A DNA stretch of 64,000 nt from an uncultured bacterium (GCA_963977015.1 CAXBMO010000015.1:96773-160772); one strand, 5' to 3'. Shown: positions 39,093 to 49,410, counted from the stretch's first letter. The notes: generated by a model from the letters alone, not told the origin. Numbers and translations are program-made.

Positions 39093-39773
39093 TTATTCGA
39101 GCTTGTCTTTGAGCTCTTGCACAGCGTCTGAGATCTTTTCGCCAATCTTCTCGGCGGCTTTCTCCAGCTTGTCGCCCGCCTGGTCCAGCTTGGACGATGG
39201 AGGGCTCACTCCAATCACGCCAACCGCAGCTCGGCTTCCGGCTTCACCGCTCGGTTGGGCACCGGTGTCGGCTCGATGGTGAACCACCACGCTACGCCCG
39301 ATAATGGCGTTGTAATCTGTCAGGGTAATGTTGGCCACCAGTTTGTCGATCCTGGCAACGCCTTCGCTGTCCGCCTTCAGATTTCCCAAGTCCCCGGCAT
39401 GGCGCATCACCTGTCCAGGGAGTCCGTGGTCGTGGCCCTGCGGGTTGAAGTGGCCGCCGACCGTGGAACCGTCCGGTGCAGAAGTATCGGCATATTGGTG
39501 GATGTGGAATCCGTGCTCCGAATTCGGAATCAGCCCCTCGACCATGCCGGTTACCTTCACCCCGGCCTCGGCTTGGTGAAAGTAGACTGCGCCGCGAACC
39601 GGGCTGTCCTTGGTGGGCTGAAGTACAGCCATGAGGCTGTCGATGGGAGCCTGAGCCTCGGTTTGGGAGGGATTCGCTTCCGAATCGTCCTGAGCCATGG
39701 CTCGTTCGGAGAGGAAGATCAGCGGAGTCGCGATCAGAAGAGCGACTCGGAGTTTGGTAGGGTAGGTATTCAT
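39093..39773 (-). CDS. sodC: Periplasmic Cu/Zn superoxide dismutase
   Basis: HGFHIH, GGHFNP...HG, HAGDLGN, GRSVVVH, GEAGSR; signal peptide. Confidence 0.9.
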   Translation of the reverse strand: MNTYPTKLRVALLIATPLIFLSERAMAQDDSEANPSQTEAQAPIDSLMAVLQPTKDSPVRGAVYFHQAEAGVKVTGMVEGLIPNSEHGFHIHQYADTSAPDGSTVGGHFNPQGHDHGLPGQVMRHAGDLGNLKADSEGVARIDKLVANITLTDYNAIIGRSVVVHHRADTGAQPSGEAGSRAAVGVIGVSPPSSKLDQAGDKLEKAAEKIGEKISDAVQELKDKLE

Positions 39774-39895
39774 GGGGAAGTGTGTGGTTGTTGGTAAAGT
39801 GGATTGGTTAAGAATCGGTTTGAAAAGGAAAGGCAGCGGCCACCAACGGTGTGACGAATGGTGACCGCTACCCGGGTTGGGCTTGGGATAATAGG

Positions 39896-40153
39896 TTAAC
39901 GGTAATTGTGTCGGTGATTTCCGTAGCGGCGATCCTTGCCGCTCCCGATGGCCGCTCCGGCGGCTGCTCCGATAGCTCCGCCGATCAGGGCTCCTTCACC
40001 GCGGCGTCCGTCATCAGCGGCTACTGCTCCGATTGCGGCTCCGCTCAATCCACCGGCCACTGCTCCGCGTTGGGTATGGGTTTGGCAGCTGGTAAAAGTT
40101 AGCGCGCCGCAGGCAGCGGTGACGGCTAGTGTTTTATGCAGGGTTGTTTTCAT
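39896..40153 (-). CDS. Glycine-zipper lipoprotein
   Basis: FTSC lipobox, GAVAGGLSGAAIG...GALIGGAIGAAAGAAIG. Confidence 0.85.
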   Translation of the reverse strand: MKTTLHKTLAVTAACGALTFTSCQTHTQRGAVAGGLSGAAIGAVAADDGRRGEGALIGGAIGAAAGAAIGSGKDRRYGNHRHNYR

Positions 40154-40203
40154 TGTTGTAGTTTGGGTCAGGTTTAGGGTTGTTCTTGTCCTCCTGTATA
40201 ATA

Positions 40204-40219
40204 TGCAGATGCCGTGCCA
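40204..40219 (-). promoter_or_regulatory. sigma54 promoter (glycine zipper-sodC)
   Basis: TGGCACGGCATCTGCA. Confidence 0.8.
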
Positions 40220-40415
40220 ATCGGAATTCTCCCGACGGATGGCTTTCGAGCCGGGTCGAAAGCTTGCGAAGTGCAAGAAACCGTTGCGAGTTGCACAGGA
40301 CACCTCACCCGGCGCTTTGCTCGACTGAATAGAAAAGGATTGGCGCAGGCCACTCACGATCTATTCGTGCGGCCTACGCCAATCGGGTTGGGGAGGAGTT
40401 TGTGAGGGGAGAAGA

Positions 40416-41081
40416 TTAGGTTTCGTCGATTTCCTCAACGTCCACCTCGGTATCGGCCTCAACTTCAAGCTCAGCTTCCGGCTGGGGCTCGACTTCCGGT
40501 TCTTGTTCGATGGTTATCTCGGATTCGGGGCTTTGAGGCCCAGCTTTCATCGCTTCGCCCTCCAGTGTTACGCCCCAATAGGCGTAGACTTGATGAGCTT
40601 CGATGGTGTCGACCTCGGTTGCGTTGAATTCGAACCCGTTTTCCATTTTGTCTTTGGTGGCATCCAGGTTCAGGTGCAACTCGCCTTCTACTTCCAGATT
40701 CTCGACCACATTGAACGACTTCCAGGGAATGAGGTAGTGTTTCTCGCCGAGACCCAGGAAGCCGCCAGCTTCCACGACTCCAAAATGGAGGCGTCCGTCG
40801 TCAGAGTCGAAAACGAACTCAGTAAGGGTGCCGATTTTTTCACCGCCCAAGTCTTTCACGGGAGCACCGCGAAGTTTCCCGGTGCTCATGAAGTTGGCGG
40901 TGTAGGTTTTGGGAGCCTTCTCGGCTTCGGCAATCGGCTTGACGGGTTCAGGTTTGGCGGGATCGGCCGCTGTGGGATCGACGGGGCCAGGAAGAACCAC
41001 GTTGGTTTCATTCTGCGCCAAGGCGGGATAAGCACTCAACGCGAACAGTATCGTTAGGATGGTTGTGAGTTTGGTTTTCAT
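40416..41081 (-). CDS. Secreted PRC-barrel protein with acidic tail
   Basis: Signal peptide; LRGAPV....GEKIG...GGFLGLGEKHYLIPW. Confidence 0.85.
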   Translation of the reverse strand: MKTKLTTILTILFALSAYPALAQNETNVVLPGPVDPTAADPAKPEPVKPIAEAEKAPKTYTANFMSTGKLRGAPVKDLGGEKIGTLTEFVFDSDDGRLHFGVVEAGGFLGLGEKHYLIPWKSFNVVENLEVEGELHLNLDATKDKMENGFEFNATEVDTIEAHQVYAYWGVTLEGEAMKAGPQSPESEITIEQEPEVEPQPEAELEVEADTEVDVEEIDET

Positions 41082-41147
41082 TATATAGGGAGGTTGGTAT
41101 TAGGACGGGACGTGTTGGTTTGATAGTCCTGTCACTAGTTGTTGTTT

Positions 41148-41163
41148 TGCATCAATCGTGCCA
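41148..41163 (-). promoter_or_regulatory. sigma54 promoter (PRC-barrel)
   Basis: TGGCACGATTGATGCA. Confidence 0.85.
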
Positions 41164-41294
41164 ACCTGGGGAACCGTGATTCCTCCCGTTAAACGCGCAT
41201 GCCCGGTGGGGAGAAACCACTTTTGGCACTGGGCGGATTGCAAATGTCCGATGCAGGTTGCAACTGCGGTGTGCAAGCCGCAATGCTCCCTTGG

Positions 41295-42398
41295 TTAGCC
41301 GCTGCCAAGAGTCGGTTTGGGCAGCCACAATTTGGCACCGGCTGACCAGGCGTCCGGAGCAAGATGGATCCAAACCAAACGCAGTGTCGCCATCAACGGA
41401 ACGGCGATCAGCACTCCACCGATTCCCCAAAGCCAGCCCCAAAGGAGAATGCCGGCGTATACGATCAGCACGTGCAGTTCCATCGCCTTACCCAGCAGAA
41501 CGGGAGTGATCGCATTGGCTTCCACCATATTGGCGCCGAGGTAGATTGCCGGCGCGAGGAGCGCGTAGAGAGGGGAGTCAAAGGTAACGAACGCAACAAA
41601 GAACACGATGCAGGAACCGGTTAGCAATCCAAGGTAGGGGATGAAGTTGAGGCACGCCGCCATCACTCCCCACAAGAGCGGGTTGGGCATGCCGATGGCC
41701 CACAGTCCCAGGCCGATGACCGTGCCGAGGCCCGCGTTGATGAGGGAAAAGGTGAAAAGATAACGCGAGACGATGTTCTCGGCAGTGGCGGCCAATCCGG
41801 TCGCGCGGCTTTGTCGGCCGCTGGCTGCAGCCAAGTCGGAAAGTCGCTTCAGCGCATCATCGCCAAAGGCGAGCAACAGGAACAGGCAACTGATGGCGAT
41901 GCCAACTTGCAACAATGCCTCGGTTGTGGCGTTGAGGACGGCAGTGGTCAAGGCGGGCCTGGCCACCTCCACCTTCAAAACCTTCGGCGTCTTGTCACCC
42001 TCAGTCAGTTTTTCCAACTCGCCTGCAGCCTTGTTGAAGTCTTCGACGGATTTTTTGACCGGGTAGATTTTACGTTCAACCTTTTCGAACTGGGTTGGAG
42101 CATTGTGAATCCATTTGGCCGCCGGGCCGCTGAGCAGATAGACGCCGTTGATTCCGGCCACGAGGATGGCCAGCACCACAACGGCTGAAGCGACGACCGT
42201 GGGCAAGCGAAGCTTGTTGTAGAGAAAGCGCACGACGGGCCCCAGCGCCAACGCCACCAGAATTGCCAGGACGATGGGGAATAGCAGCGCTTTGGCGACG
42301 AAGAGGATGGCAAGAGCCCCCATCACCGCGAGGGTGATGAGGGCGATGTCTGCGGCGCGCGATAGCGCGGTGTCCTGGGAAGAGGGGATCTCGTTCAT
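41295..42398 (-). CDS. AI-2E family transporter
   Basis: Multi-TM; LNFIPYLG, WGWLWGIGGVLIAVP. Confidence 0.9.
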   Translation of the reverse strand: MNEIPSSQDTALSRAADIALITLAVMGALAILFVAKALLFPIVLAILVALALGPVVRFLYNKLRLPTVVASAVVVLAILVAGINGVYLLSGPAAKWIHNAPTQFEKVERKIYPVKKSVEDFNKAAGELEKLTEGDKTPKVLKVEVARPALTTAVLNATTEALLQVGIAISCLFLLLAFGDDALKRLSDLAAASGRQSRATGLAATAENIVSRYLFTFSLINAGLGTVIGLGLWAIGMPNPLLWGVMAACLNFIPYLGLLTGSCIVFFVAFVTFDSPLYALLAPAIYLGANMVEANAITPVLLGKAMELHVLIVYAGILLWGWLWGIGGVLIAVPLMATLRLVWIHLAPDAWSAGAKLWLPKPTLGSG

Positions 42399-42577
42399 GC
42401 CTTGGGAGTTCGACGGTTTGCTGGATCAAAACCTTGCCGACGATAACGCGAAGCGGCGCAAGATGGCAACAACGAGGAACATGAGGCTAGATTCCGGCAA
42501 TTGGTGGAGAGGTCGTTGTCAACAGGTCTGGTACGATGAGAGTTTATTGTGGTGGGTTCAGAGATTGAGAGGCAGGC

Positions 42578-42859
42578 TCACACCCTCCGGGCCGGACGGG
42601 AAATGAGGCCGAAGACCAGCGAAACAATTGCTGCGCCGATGACGGACCAAACGATGGGGAAGGGCTCCCCTTGAATATTGACGGACAGGATGGTGGGCAG
42701 GCCCAGGGCGCCAGCGAGCCAGAGACCGACAAACGCGCCCACAAAGCCGAGCACGATCGAAACCAGGCATCCGCCAGCAGAGTAACCACCGAGCATTTGC
42801 CCGGCACCGCCGCAGAGCGCCGCTACGAGTAAGAGGAGGAGGAAACCGCCGATTGTCAT
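42578..42859 (-). CDS. GlsB/YeaQ/YmgE stress membrane protein
   Basis: VAALCG..GQ.L.G...GGCL.SIVLGFVGAFVG...WSVIGA. Confidence 0.85.
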   Translation of the reverse strand: MTIGGFLLLLLVAALCGGAGQMLGGYSAGGCLVSIVLGFVGAFVGLWLAGALGLPTILSVNIQGEPFPIVWSVIGAAIVSLVFGLISRPARRV

Positions 42860-42907
42860 GGTTGGTTCGGGTAGAGAGTTGGTAGGCTGTGATCCGCAAC
42901 TCTAAGA

Positions 42908-42923
42908 TGCATGACTCGTGCCA
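42908..42923 (-). promoter_or_regulatory. sigma54 promoter (GlsB/YeaQ-AI-2E)
   Basis: TGGCACGAGTCATGCA. Confidence 0.85.
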
Positions 42924-43022
42924 CGGCGTGTTTCCCGTGAATTCGGTGGATCGCCGGGCTTGTTCCGAGCGATTTGCATGACCCGGTTTGCAATTCGCAA
43001 GGGATCGGTGCGCGGCCGGTGC

Positions 43023-44765
43023 CTACTGCGCGATGGGCTTGGCAATCAGCACCTGGTTGCCGGAGGCACGGTGTTTGACGAGCTTCGCTTCGTAATCATC
43101 CCGTCCGTAGATGTCGAAGTAATGGCGAATCTCCTTGGTTTCGGGATGAGGAAAGGCGGTGAAATAGGTCACGTAAACCGGAATTGGCTCCTCAATGGTG
43201 ACGGAGTTTCGCGAGCCGCGGCGCATTGCCTGGGCGACTCGATCCTTACTCCAGCCTTGCGGACCCAACACCCACTCGGCAAAGGCAGCGGGTTTCTCCA
43301 ACCGAATGCAGCCGTGGCTGAAGTCGCGTTCCGATTGGGAAAACAGATGGTCTTCGGGCGTGTCGTGCAGGTAAACGGAGTGATCGTTGGGAAAGAGAAA
43401 CTTCACTGCGCCAAGGGCGTTGTGCCGACCCGGAGTTTGTCGGATTTTCAGCGTCCCGTCTTTCAGGGCCCAGAAGGTGGAACGAGAAAGCGGGAGTGGG
43501 CGCGCGTTCCAATCAAAGCTGCGGACGATCTCGTAACCGTTTCGGCTTAGATAGCTTGGGTCGCGGGCGACCTTCGGCAGAATCTCGCCTTGGAGGATGG
43601 AGTCGGGAACATTCCAATAGGGTCGAAACACGACATAACGCATGGTCTCGCGGAACAGTGGCGTGCTTCGAGCGCCGCTTTTGCCAAAGACGACGCGCAT
43701 GCTGACCTCGAGCTTGGGCCCGTTGAATCCATAGACTTCACCCGAGGGCAGGTTGACCATGACGTAGCGCTTCCCGGGGGCGTCCGGCATCAGGCGGGCC
43801 CGCTGCAGATTCAAGTGGACCAACTCGAGTTTGCGGGCAGGGCTTCGGTTGAGTGCTGCGTGAGTGTCAGGGCCGAGAATCCCGTCGGCTTTCAGATTGT
43901 GCGCTTGTTGGTAGAGGAGCAAGGCGTCCGACAGTTCTTTCGTTACCGTCGATTCGGGGGTCTCGCCGTCGTAGAACCCTTCCTCCTTCAGTCGGCCCGC
44001 CAACAGCGCCGCGCTGGCAAAACCATCACCCGCACGAAGGTACTTTCCCGGCTCCAATTCCGGCAACGGAGCAAAGCTTTCTTGCTCAGCGGCGGCGGTT
44101 TCTTTGCGGACCATCCACTCGGCGTGCAATTGGCGATAAATCCAATGGGTCGGGACAAAGGCCGTCAGGAGGTTGTCGAACTCCAACCCATTCCCCGTCG
44201 TTTGCCACGCATTCAGTTGCTGGTGAATGTCGTCCAACCGCGTCTCGTTATCGAAGCTGCCCGGTGTGTCACCCCGGTCCCAATGAGCCCACAACTCGTT
44301 GGGTCGCACTTGACCGAATCGTACTCGCAAACCGGCATCCAGGACACACACCGTCGTCGCCATATCCGCAGCGGGAACGGCCAGCTCCGTGGATTCCAGC
44401 GCGCGCATCAGCTCGTCCCGCGACGCCTGCCCGATGGGCGATACGCCTTCGCGCTCGGCAAACCGGGAGAGTCGTGTCGCCAGGTCATCGATCTTCTGTT
44501 CCCAGAGCGGCTGGAACTCGGCCCGCGCATAGAGTTGTGTCGCCAATTCGATCAAGGCACCAGGTTCGTAGGGCGTGTCCTTCAACACCGCGCGGATGGG
44601 AGACGCGATCGTGTCGGCCAGAATCTCCGCCGTCAGCACCGGCTCGAGTTCCGGATCAGGTTCAGCTTCGGTGGCAACGGGACTGAGAGGGTTGGCGCCA
44701 TTCACAAAGAGCGGCAACCACACCAAGGGGATTATCCAGGCGATCGCTTTCATAGCTAAACTCAT
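43023..44765 (-). CDS. L,D-transpeptidase, YcbB/LdtD-like, with PG-binding domain
   Basis: YQ..HNL.ADGILGP.T, PYWNVP.SI, NALG.VKFLFPN, YLHDTP, SHGCIR. Confidence 0.92.
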   Translation of the reverse strand: MSLAMKAIAWIIPLVWLPLFVNGANPLSPVATEAEPDPELEPVLTAEILADTIASPIRAVLKDTPYEPGALIELATQLYARAEFQPLWEQKIDDLATRLSRFAEREGVSPIGQASRDELMRALESTELAVPAADMATTVCVLDAGLRVRFGQVRPNELWAHWDRGDTPGSFDNETRLDDIHQQLNAWQTTGNGLEFDNLLTAFVPTHWIYRQLHAEWMVRKETAAAEQESFAPLPELEPGKYLRAGDGFASAALLAGRLKEEGFYDGETPESTVTKELSDALLLYQQAHNLKADGILGPDTHAALNRSPARKLELVHLNLQRARLMPDAPGKRYVMVNLPSGEVYGFNGPKLEVSMRVVFGKSGARSTPLFRETMRYVVFRPYWNVPDSILQGEILPKVARDPSYLSRNGYEIVRSFDWNARPLPLSRSTFWALKDGTLKIRQTPGRHNALGAVKFLFPNDHSVYLHDTPEDHLFSQSERDFSHGCIRLEKPAAFAEWVLGPQGWSKDRVAQAMRRGSRNSVTIEEPIPVYVTYFTAFPHPETKEIRHYFDIYGRDDYEAKLVKHRASGNQVLIAKPIAQ

Positions 44766-44777
44766 CTCATTCTTATC

Positions 44778-44793
44778 AGCAAGGTGCCTGCCA
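44778..44793 (-). promoter_or_regulatory. sigma54 promoter (L,D-transpeptidase)
   Basis: TGGCAGGCACCTTGCT. Confidence 0.75.
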
Positions 44794-44896
44794 AACCAGC
44801 CACAAGGCTCGACCGCGATGAATCACGCGTTCCAATCGCGCGGAATGCATCGCCGGTTTGCGTTTCGCAAGGGCGTTGGGGGTTGTGCGGACCAAG

Positions 44897-45442
44897 TCAG
44901 CCGATCTTGGGATCCAGGATCAGATCGACGAAGTATTTGATCTTCCGGTAAGCATTGGAGCGGACCGAAAAACCATATCGCTCGCACGCCACGTCCTTGA
45001 TCCAATCCAGCAACGACGAGCCAAACTCATCGCTGCGCGCCTTCCAATCGCAGACCATCTCCGCGAGCTGAACCCGGCTCATGTCTTCCACCCCGGAAGT
45101 GAAGTATTCCGGGTGATGGTTGTTGCGTTGCTGGTGCTGATGTACGGCCAGGAGCAGTTTATCCTGATTTTCCTGGTCGCTTGGGTCGATGTCGAGAAAG
45201 TCCCACTCAATGCCCTCAAACTTGCTTGCATCGTGGCAAAGGCTGCGCTGCACCAGACGACGCGCCAGATCGAACTCTCCGCGTTCCGCAAGGCGCCCGG
45301 CCAATAAAATCGCGGTGTCTTGAACGTGCTGAATGTGCCGGATCCGAAAATTCAGCTTCTTCTGAAACGCCGCGATTTGTTCGGCGGAAACGTCCGGCGT
45401 TTGTTCGGCTTGAGCGCCGCCGTTGGAGGGTTGTTGGCTCAT
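44897..45442 (-). CDS. HD-like phosphohydrolase (DUF5662-like)
   Basis: HIQHV, HDASK, H...N.HHPEY, EMVCDW. Confidence 0.75.
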   Translation of the reverse strand: MSQQPSNGGAQAEQTPDVSAEQIAAFQKKLNFRIRHIQHVQDTAILLAGRLAERGEFDLARRLVQRSLCHDASKFEGIEWDFLDIDPSDQENQDKLLLAVHQHQQRNNHHPEYFTSGVEDMSRVQLAEMVCDWKARSDEFGSSLLDWIKDVACERYGFSVRSNAYRKIKYFVDLILDPKIG

Positions 45443-45499
45443 CTGGGAAGTGAAGTTCGGGAGGTTGGCATCGTTTTGGTTTTGGTGAGGGAACGAAAT

Positions 45500-46207
45500 T
45501 TACGGTTCGTTGTCCACGTTATACGCCAAATGTCCCAGCAAATTGGCAGCTCGATAAAATCGACTGCTGGCAAACTTGGATTCGTTGTCCTTACCTTGCT
45601 CGAAGGCCTTCAGGTGATGCACGATCAGGTTCCACAGGTTCTGTTTGTCGGGTTTTTCGTCCCGTTCCTCTGCCTGGTCGAGCACTTCAATTGCCTCATT
45701 GAGCCGTTGTCGTCTTAGGAAGTAGCGCACGCGACTCAGCAGCGGCCTTTTGTGGTCCGGCTCACTGGCGTTGGCCTCTTCGCTGAGAACCTTTTGGACG
45801 ACTCCCCAGATTTGGGGAGGCAGGACCGGTTTGCAGAGAAAGTCGACCACGCCCAACTGCACGGCCTCGATCGCGGTGACCGAATCCATGTAGGCGCTGC
45901 AAAGGATGGTGGGTAGGTAGTTTCCATCAGCGCGCAGTTTCCTCAGGACCTGGATGCCGTCGAGGCCCGGCATGCGGACGTCCAGAAGCATGACGCCGTA
46001 GTAGTTTTCACCCTTTTTTTCCAGAATCTGCAAAGCTTCCTCTCCATCTTCGGCATAACTGGTTTCATAACCCTCGGACTCCAATGCCATCCGAAATCCA
46101 ATCCGAAGAGACTTTTCATCGTCTACAATGAGAATTTTTGTGGGATCGTTTTCGGTCGACTCAGAGGCTTGGCCTGAAGCGGTGGATGTTGGGCTCGGAT
46201 TTTTCAT
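45500..46207 (-). CDS. Response regulator (REC plus helical C-terminus, no obvious HTH)
   Basis: IVDDE, LLDVRMP, FLCKP; ATGA-coupled to the HK. Confidence 0.88.
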   Translation of the reverse strand: MKNPSPTSTASGQASESTENDPTKILIVDDEKSLRIGFRMALESEGYETSYAEDGEEALQILEKKGENYYGVMLLDVRMPGLDGIQVLRKLRADGNYLPTILCSAYMDSVTAIEAVQLGVVDFLCKPVLPPQIWGVVQKVLSEEANASEPDHKRPLLSRVRYFLRRQRLNEAIEVLDQAEERDEKPDKQNLWNLIVHHLKAFEQGKDNESKFASSRFYRAANLLGHLAYNVDNEP

Positions 46208-48030
46208 GTCGCGAGAGGAAGGCTAAAGTAGAATTCGGTTGATTGGCCGGGACTGCTGTTGACGCCGATTCTGCCTCCATGCGCATAAATTATTTCGCGG
46301 CAAATCGACAAGCCCAAGCCCACGCCGTCACTTTTTTGATTCGGGAGGCGGTAGAACTTGTCGAAGACGCGATCCTGCAGCTCGTAGGGAACGCCCGGTC
46401 CATCGTCGAGCACGGAGAAGCGGACAAACTCGGAGCCATTCTTGGAGGCGCGCAGGCGAATGCGGCCTTTCTCCGGACCATACTTCACCGCGTTGGAAAT
46501 CAAATTGTCCAGGACCTGCATCGCCCGGCCCCGATCCGCAAAAACCCGGGGTAAATCATCAGCAATTTCCGTGCTTAAGATAATATCCTGTTCCTCCGCC
46601 AGGGCGGAAAAATGCTCCACGGCACCATCGATAAGACTTTGGGGGGTAACGGGTACGGTTTCCAGTTGTTTGGCGCCGCTCTCCCACCGTGCCATCTGCA
46701 GGTGGTGTTCGAGGGTCTGAAGCAACCGCTCGCAGTCTTCGCAGGAAGTGTCGACCATCTGCTGTTGGCGGTCGGTCATGGGACCCAGTTTCTTGGAGCG
46801 GAGAAGATGGAGGGCCATCCGAATGCTCGTCAGCGGCGTCTTGATCTCGTGGCTGACGGTGGCGATCATGTCGGTCTTCAAATCGTCCATCCAGCGAAAA
46901 CGGGTGACATCATTGAGGACAACTGCCCAGCCAGCCGGAATCCCGGTCTCATCCTCAATCTGGAAGATGCCGGGGAGGTAGTAGTATTCTTTTTCGCCAA
47001 CGCGTTTGAGAATGGCGTCGTTCAGGTCTTCCGGAAGATAGTCTTCGTTGCTTTCCAAAACCCGATCGACCAGGGCGCGAATCTTTTTCGGCAAGCGGCC
47101 GGGTGTGGCCAGCTTTTCAATCAACTCCTCCGCTACCGAGTTTACCTGTGAAATTTCTCCATCCCGATTCAGGATAATGATGGGGTGCGGGAAGGTTGCC
47201 AGAATTGCCCGGCTTTCCAGGTTGGCGCGAATCACAATCTGGTCGTTGGCATGGAGCAATTCGCGCATTTCCGCAGCCATGTCGTTGAACGCAACCGTCA
47301 GTTCTCCCAGCTCGTCGGATTTCTCCACCGGGATTGCGAGCTCGAACTTGCGCTCGCGCACCTGTCGAATCGACTCGGTGAGTTTCGATACCGGGCCGAC
47401 GATCGACCGGCCAAACTGGAAGTAGATTAGAATGGCCACCATGCACGCCGCAGTGACGACGACAATCATGAGGCGCACCGATTCTCGAGCATGGCGCACC
47501 GCCAGATTGCGCTCGGTCAGCATGGTTTGCTCAAACAGGGAAACGGCCTGCTCGGACTCCGATGCGACTTGTTGTGTCAGGGCCAAAATCCGATCGTGAT
47601 ATTCTTTCCGGGCGGAAAGGTCGGATTCGGCATCGAGGACCTCTTCGTACTCCGTCAGGTAGGTTTGCAAACTGGTGTCCAGCCGTTGAACGACTTCCCT
47701 TTCGGCCGGGCGAAGTCCATTTCGCTCCAGAATGGAAAACGCGGTATCGATCCGCTTGCGATAATCTTCAAAGAGTTGCGGGCCGGGGTTCAAACCGTCA
47801 GTCTCCACCAAGGTAGGTAGATAATTGGCATTGAGCGTAACGATATAGAGGCGCAGGTCGTTTGCCGCGCGGATTGCGTCGTAGTCTTTTGCCAGGATTT
47901 GGTCCGTGCGCTGGGCGTGTTGGCGCAGAAAGGAAACGCCAAAACTGCCAAGAATCATCAGGAGGACGATCATCACAATCAGTCCGGCCAAAACGCGATT
48001 GCGAATTTTGTAGGGAGAAAACATTGTCAT
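46204..48030 (-). CDS. Sensor histidine kinase, KinB-like (periplasmic helical-HAMP-PAS-HisKA-HATPase)
   Basis: Two TMs, DELGEL..AFNDM, SHEIKTPLTS, NAVKY, DDGPG, GVGLGL. Confidence 0.9.
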   Translation of the reverse strand: MTMFSPYKIRNRVLAGLIVMIVLLMILGSFGVSFLRQHAQRTDQILAKDYDAIRAANDLRLYIVTLNANYLPTLVETDGLNPGPQLFEDYRKRIDTAFSILERNGLRPAEREVVQRLDTSLQTYLTEYEEVLDAESDLSARKEYHDRILALTQQVASESEQAVSLFEQTMLTERNLAVRHARESVRLMIVVVTAACMVAILIYFQFGRSIVGPVSKLTESIRQVRERKFELAIPVEKSDELGELTVAFNDMAAEMRELLHANDQIVIRANLESRAILATFPHPIIILNRDGEISQVNSVAEELIEKLATPGRLPKKIRALVDRVLESNEDYLPEDLNDAILKRVGEKEYYYLPGIFQIEDETGIPAGWAVVLNDVTRFRWMDDLKTDMIATVSHEIKTPLTSIRMALHLLRSKKLGPMTDRQQQMVDTSCEDCERLLQTLEHHLQMARWESGAKQLETVPVTPQSLIDGAVEHFSALAEEQDIILSTEIADDLPRVFADRGRAMQVLDNLISNAVKYGPEKGRIRLRASKNGSEFVRFSVLDDGPGVPYELQDRVFDKFYRLPNQKSDGVGLGLSICREIIYAHGGRIGVNSSPGQSTEFYFSLPLAT

Positions 48031-49394
48031 TCGATCCCGAGTTTTTTGCGTTTGCGATAGAGTGTGGCCTGGTCGATTCCGAGGATTCTTGCCGCTTCGA
48101 CCATGCTGCTGGCCCGGCCCAAAATGCGGCGCAAGTGTTCTTCTTCCAATTGCTCCAACGTGGCGTCCGAACCGACCTCCGGGCCGAATTCCGCAGAATG
48201 GGGTGCGGATTGCGTTTTGCTGACATGTGGAGCTCCATCGCCAGCCGGCAAATCCTCAACCCGAACCGTACTGTCGCGGCAGAGAATCGCGGCCCGTTCA
48301 ATCGAATTGCGAAGTTCGCGCAGGTTGCCCGGCCAGTTGTAGGTCGTGAGCCAGGCCTTTGCGTTCTCGCTAAAGCCGGTGATCTCGCGCCCGGTTTGCC
48401 GCGCGAAAAAGCGCAGGTATTGTTCCGCAAAGTAAACCAGATCCTTGGGCCGGCTCCGCAGCGGCGGCATTTCGACCGCGATGACGTGGAGCCGGTAGTA
48501 GAGATCTTCGCGAAACTCACCTTCCTCGACCAATTCTTTCAGGTTGCGATTCGAGGCGGCGATGATCCGGACGTCCGCCTGGCGGGTCTTGTTCTCACCC
48601 AGCCGTTCGTATTCGCGTTCCTGAAGGAGGCGTAGCAACTTGGGTTGAATGTCGAGTGGCAGCTCGCCAATTTCGTCCAAAAACAAGGTTCCTCCATGGG
48701 CGGCGTGGACCTTTCCCCATTTATCCTTAATGGCCCCCGTAAACGAGCCTTTGACGTGGCCGAAGAGCTCGCTCTCGAGCAATTCCTTGGACAAACTGGG
48801 GCAGCTGATCGTAACCAGGGGTTTCGACTTCAGGTGGCTGCGTTGATGGACCGCCTTGGCAACGACGCTTTTGCCCGTCCCGCTTTCGCCGAGAACCAAG
48901 ATCGAAGCAGGCGTCTGCGCGGCGCGAAACAGCACTTCGTAGACCTCCGTCATCAAACTGTCCTGCGATTCGAAGACCGGCTCGGGAGATTTCTCGGCCA
49001 CCTCCACCTCCAGTTCTTCGATCCGGCTCTGCATTTGGCGATGCTTCTGGAGCCGTGCCAGCAGTCCGTTCAACGCGTCCGGGGTAAACGGTTTTTCCAA
49101 AAAATCAAACGCGCCCAGATGCATGGCTTTGACCGCAGTTTCAACCGTGCCGTAGGCGGTGAAGACGACCACGTCGGTGTTCTTGTACCGCTTTTTGATG
49201 TCTCGCAGAACGTCGAGTCCGTTTTCTTCGCCCAAGCGTAGATCAAGAAGGACCAAGTCGAAAAAGTCTTCGTTGAGCCGCATTAACGCCACCGGTCCGC
49301 CATCGACGCCCTCAGCATAGTGATCCTCCGCCTCCAAAGCCATAATGGTGGCGTCACGAATATTTTTTTCGTCATCAACTACAAGGACATCCAT
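48027..49394 (-). CDS. sigma54-dependent response regulator (NtrC/AlgB-like bEBP)
   Basis: REC; GESGTGKS, ESELFGH..GSFTGA, LFLDEIG, WPGNLREL; Fis HTH AARILGID.ATLYRK. Confidence 0.95.
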   Translation of the reverse strand: MDVLVVDDEKNIRDATIMALEAEDHYAEGVDGGPVALMRLNEDFFDLVLLDLRLGEENGLDVLRDIKKRYKNTDVVVFTAYGTVETAVKAMHLGAFDFLEKPFTPDALNGLLARLQKHRQMQSRIEELEVEVAEKSPEPVFESQDSLMTEVYEVLFRAAQTPASILVLGESGTGKSVVAKAVHQRSHLKSKPLVTISCPSLSKELLESELFGHVKGSFTGAIKDKWGKVHAAHGGTLFLDEIGELPLDIQPKLLRLLQEREYERLGENKTRQADVRIIAASNRNLKELVEEGEFREDLYYRLHVIAVEMPPLRSRPKDLVYFAEQYLRFFARQTGREITGFSENAKAWLTTYNWPGNLRELRNSIERAAILCRDSTVRVEDLPAGDGAPHVSKTQSAPHSAEFGPEVGSDATLEQLEEEHLRRILGRASSMVEAARILGIDQATLYRKRKKLGIE

Positions 49395-49410
49395 ATGAAA
49401 ACGCCTCAGA

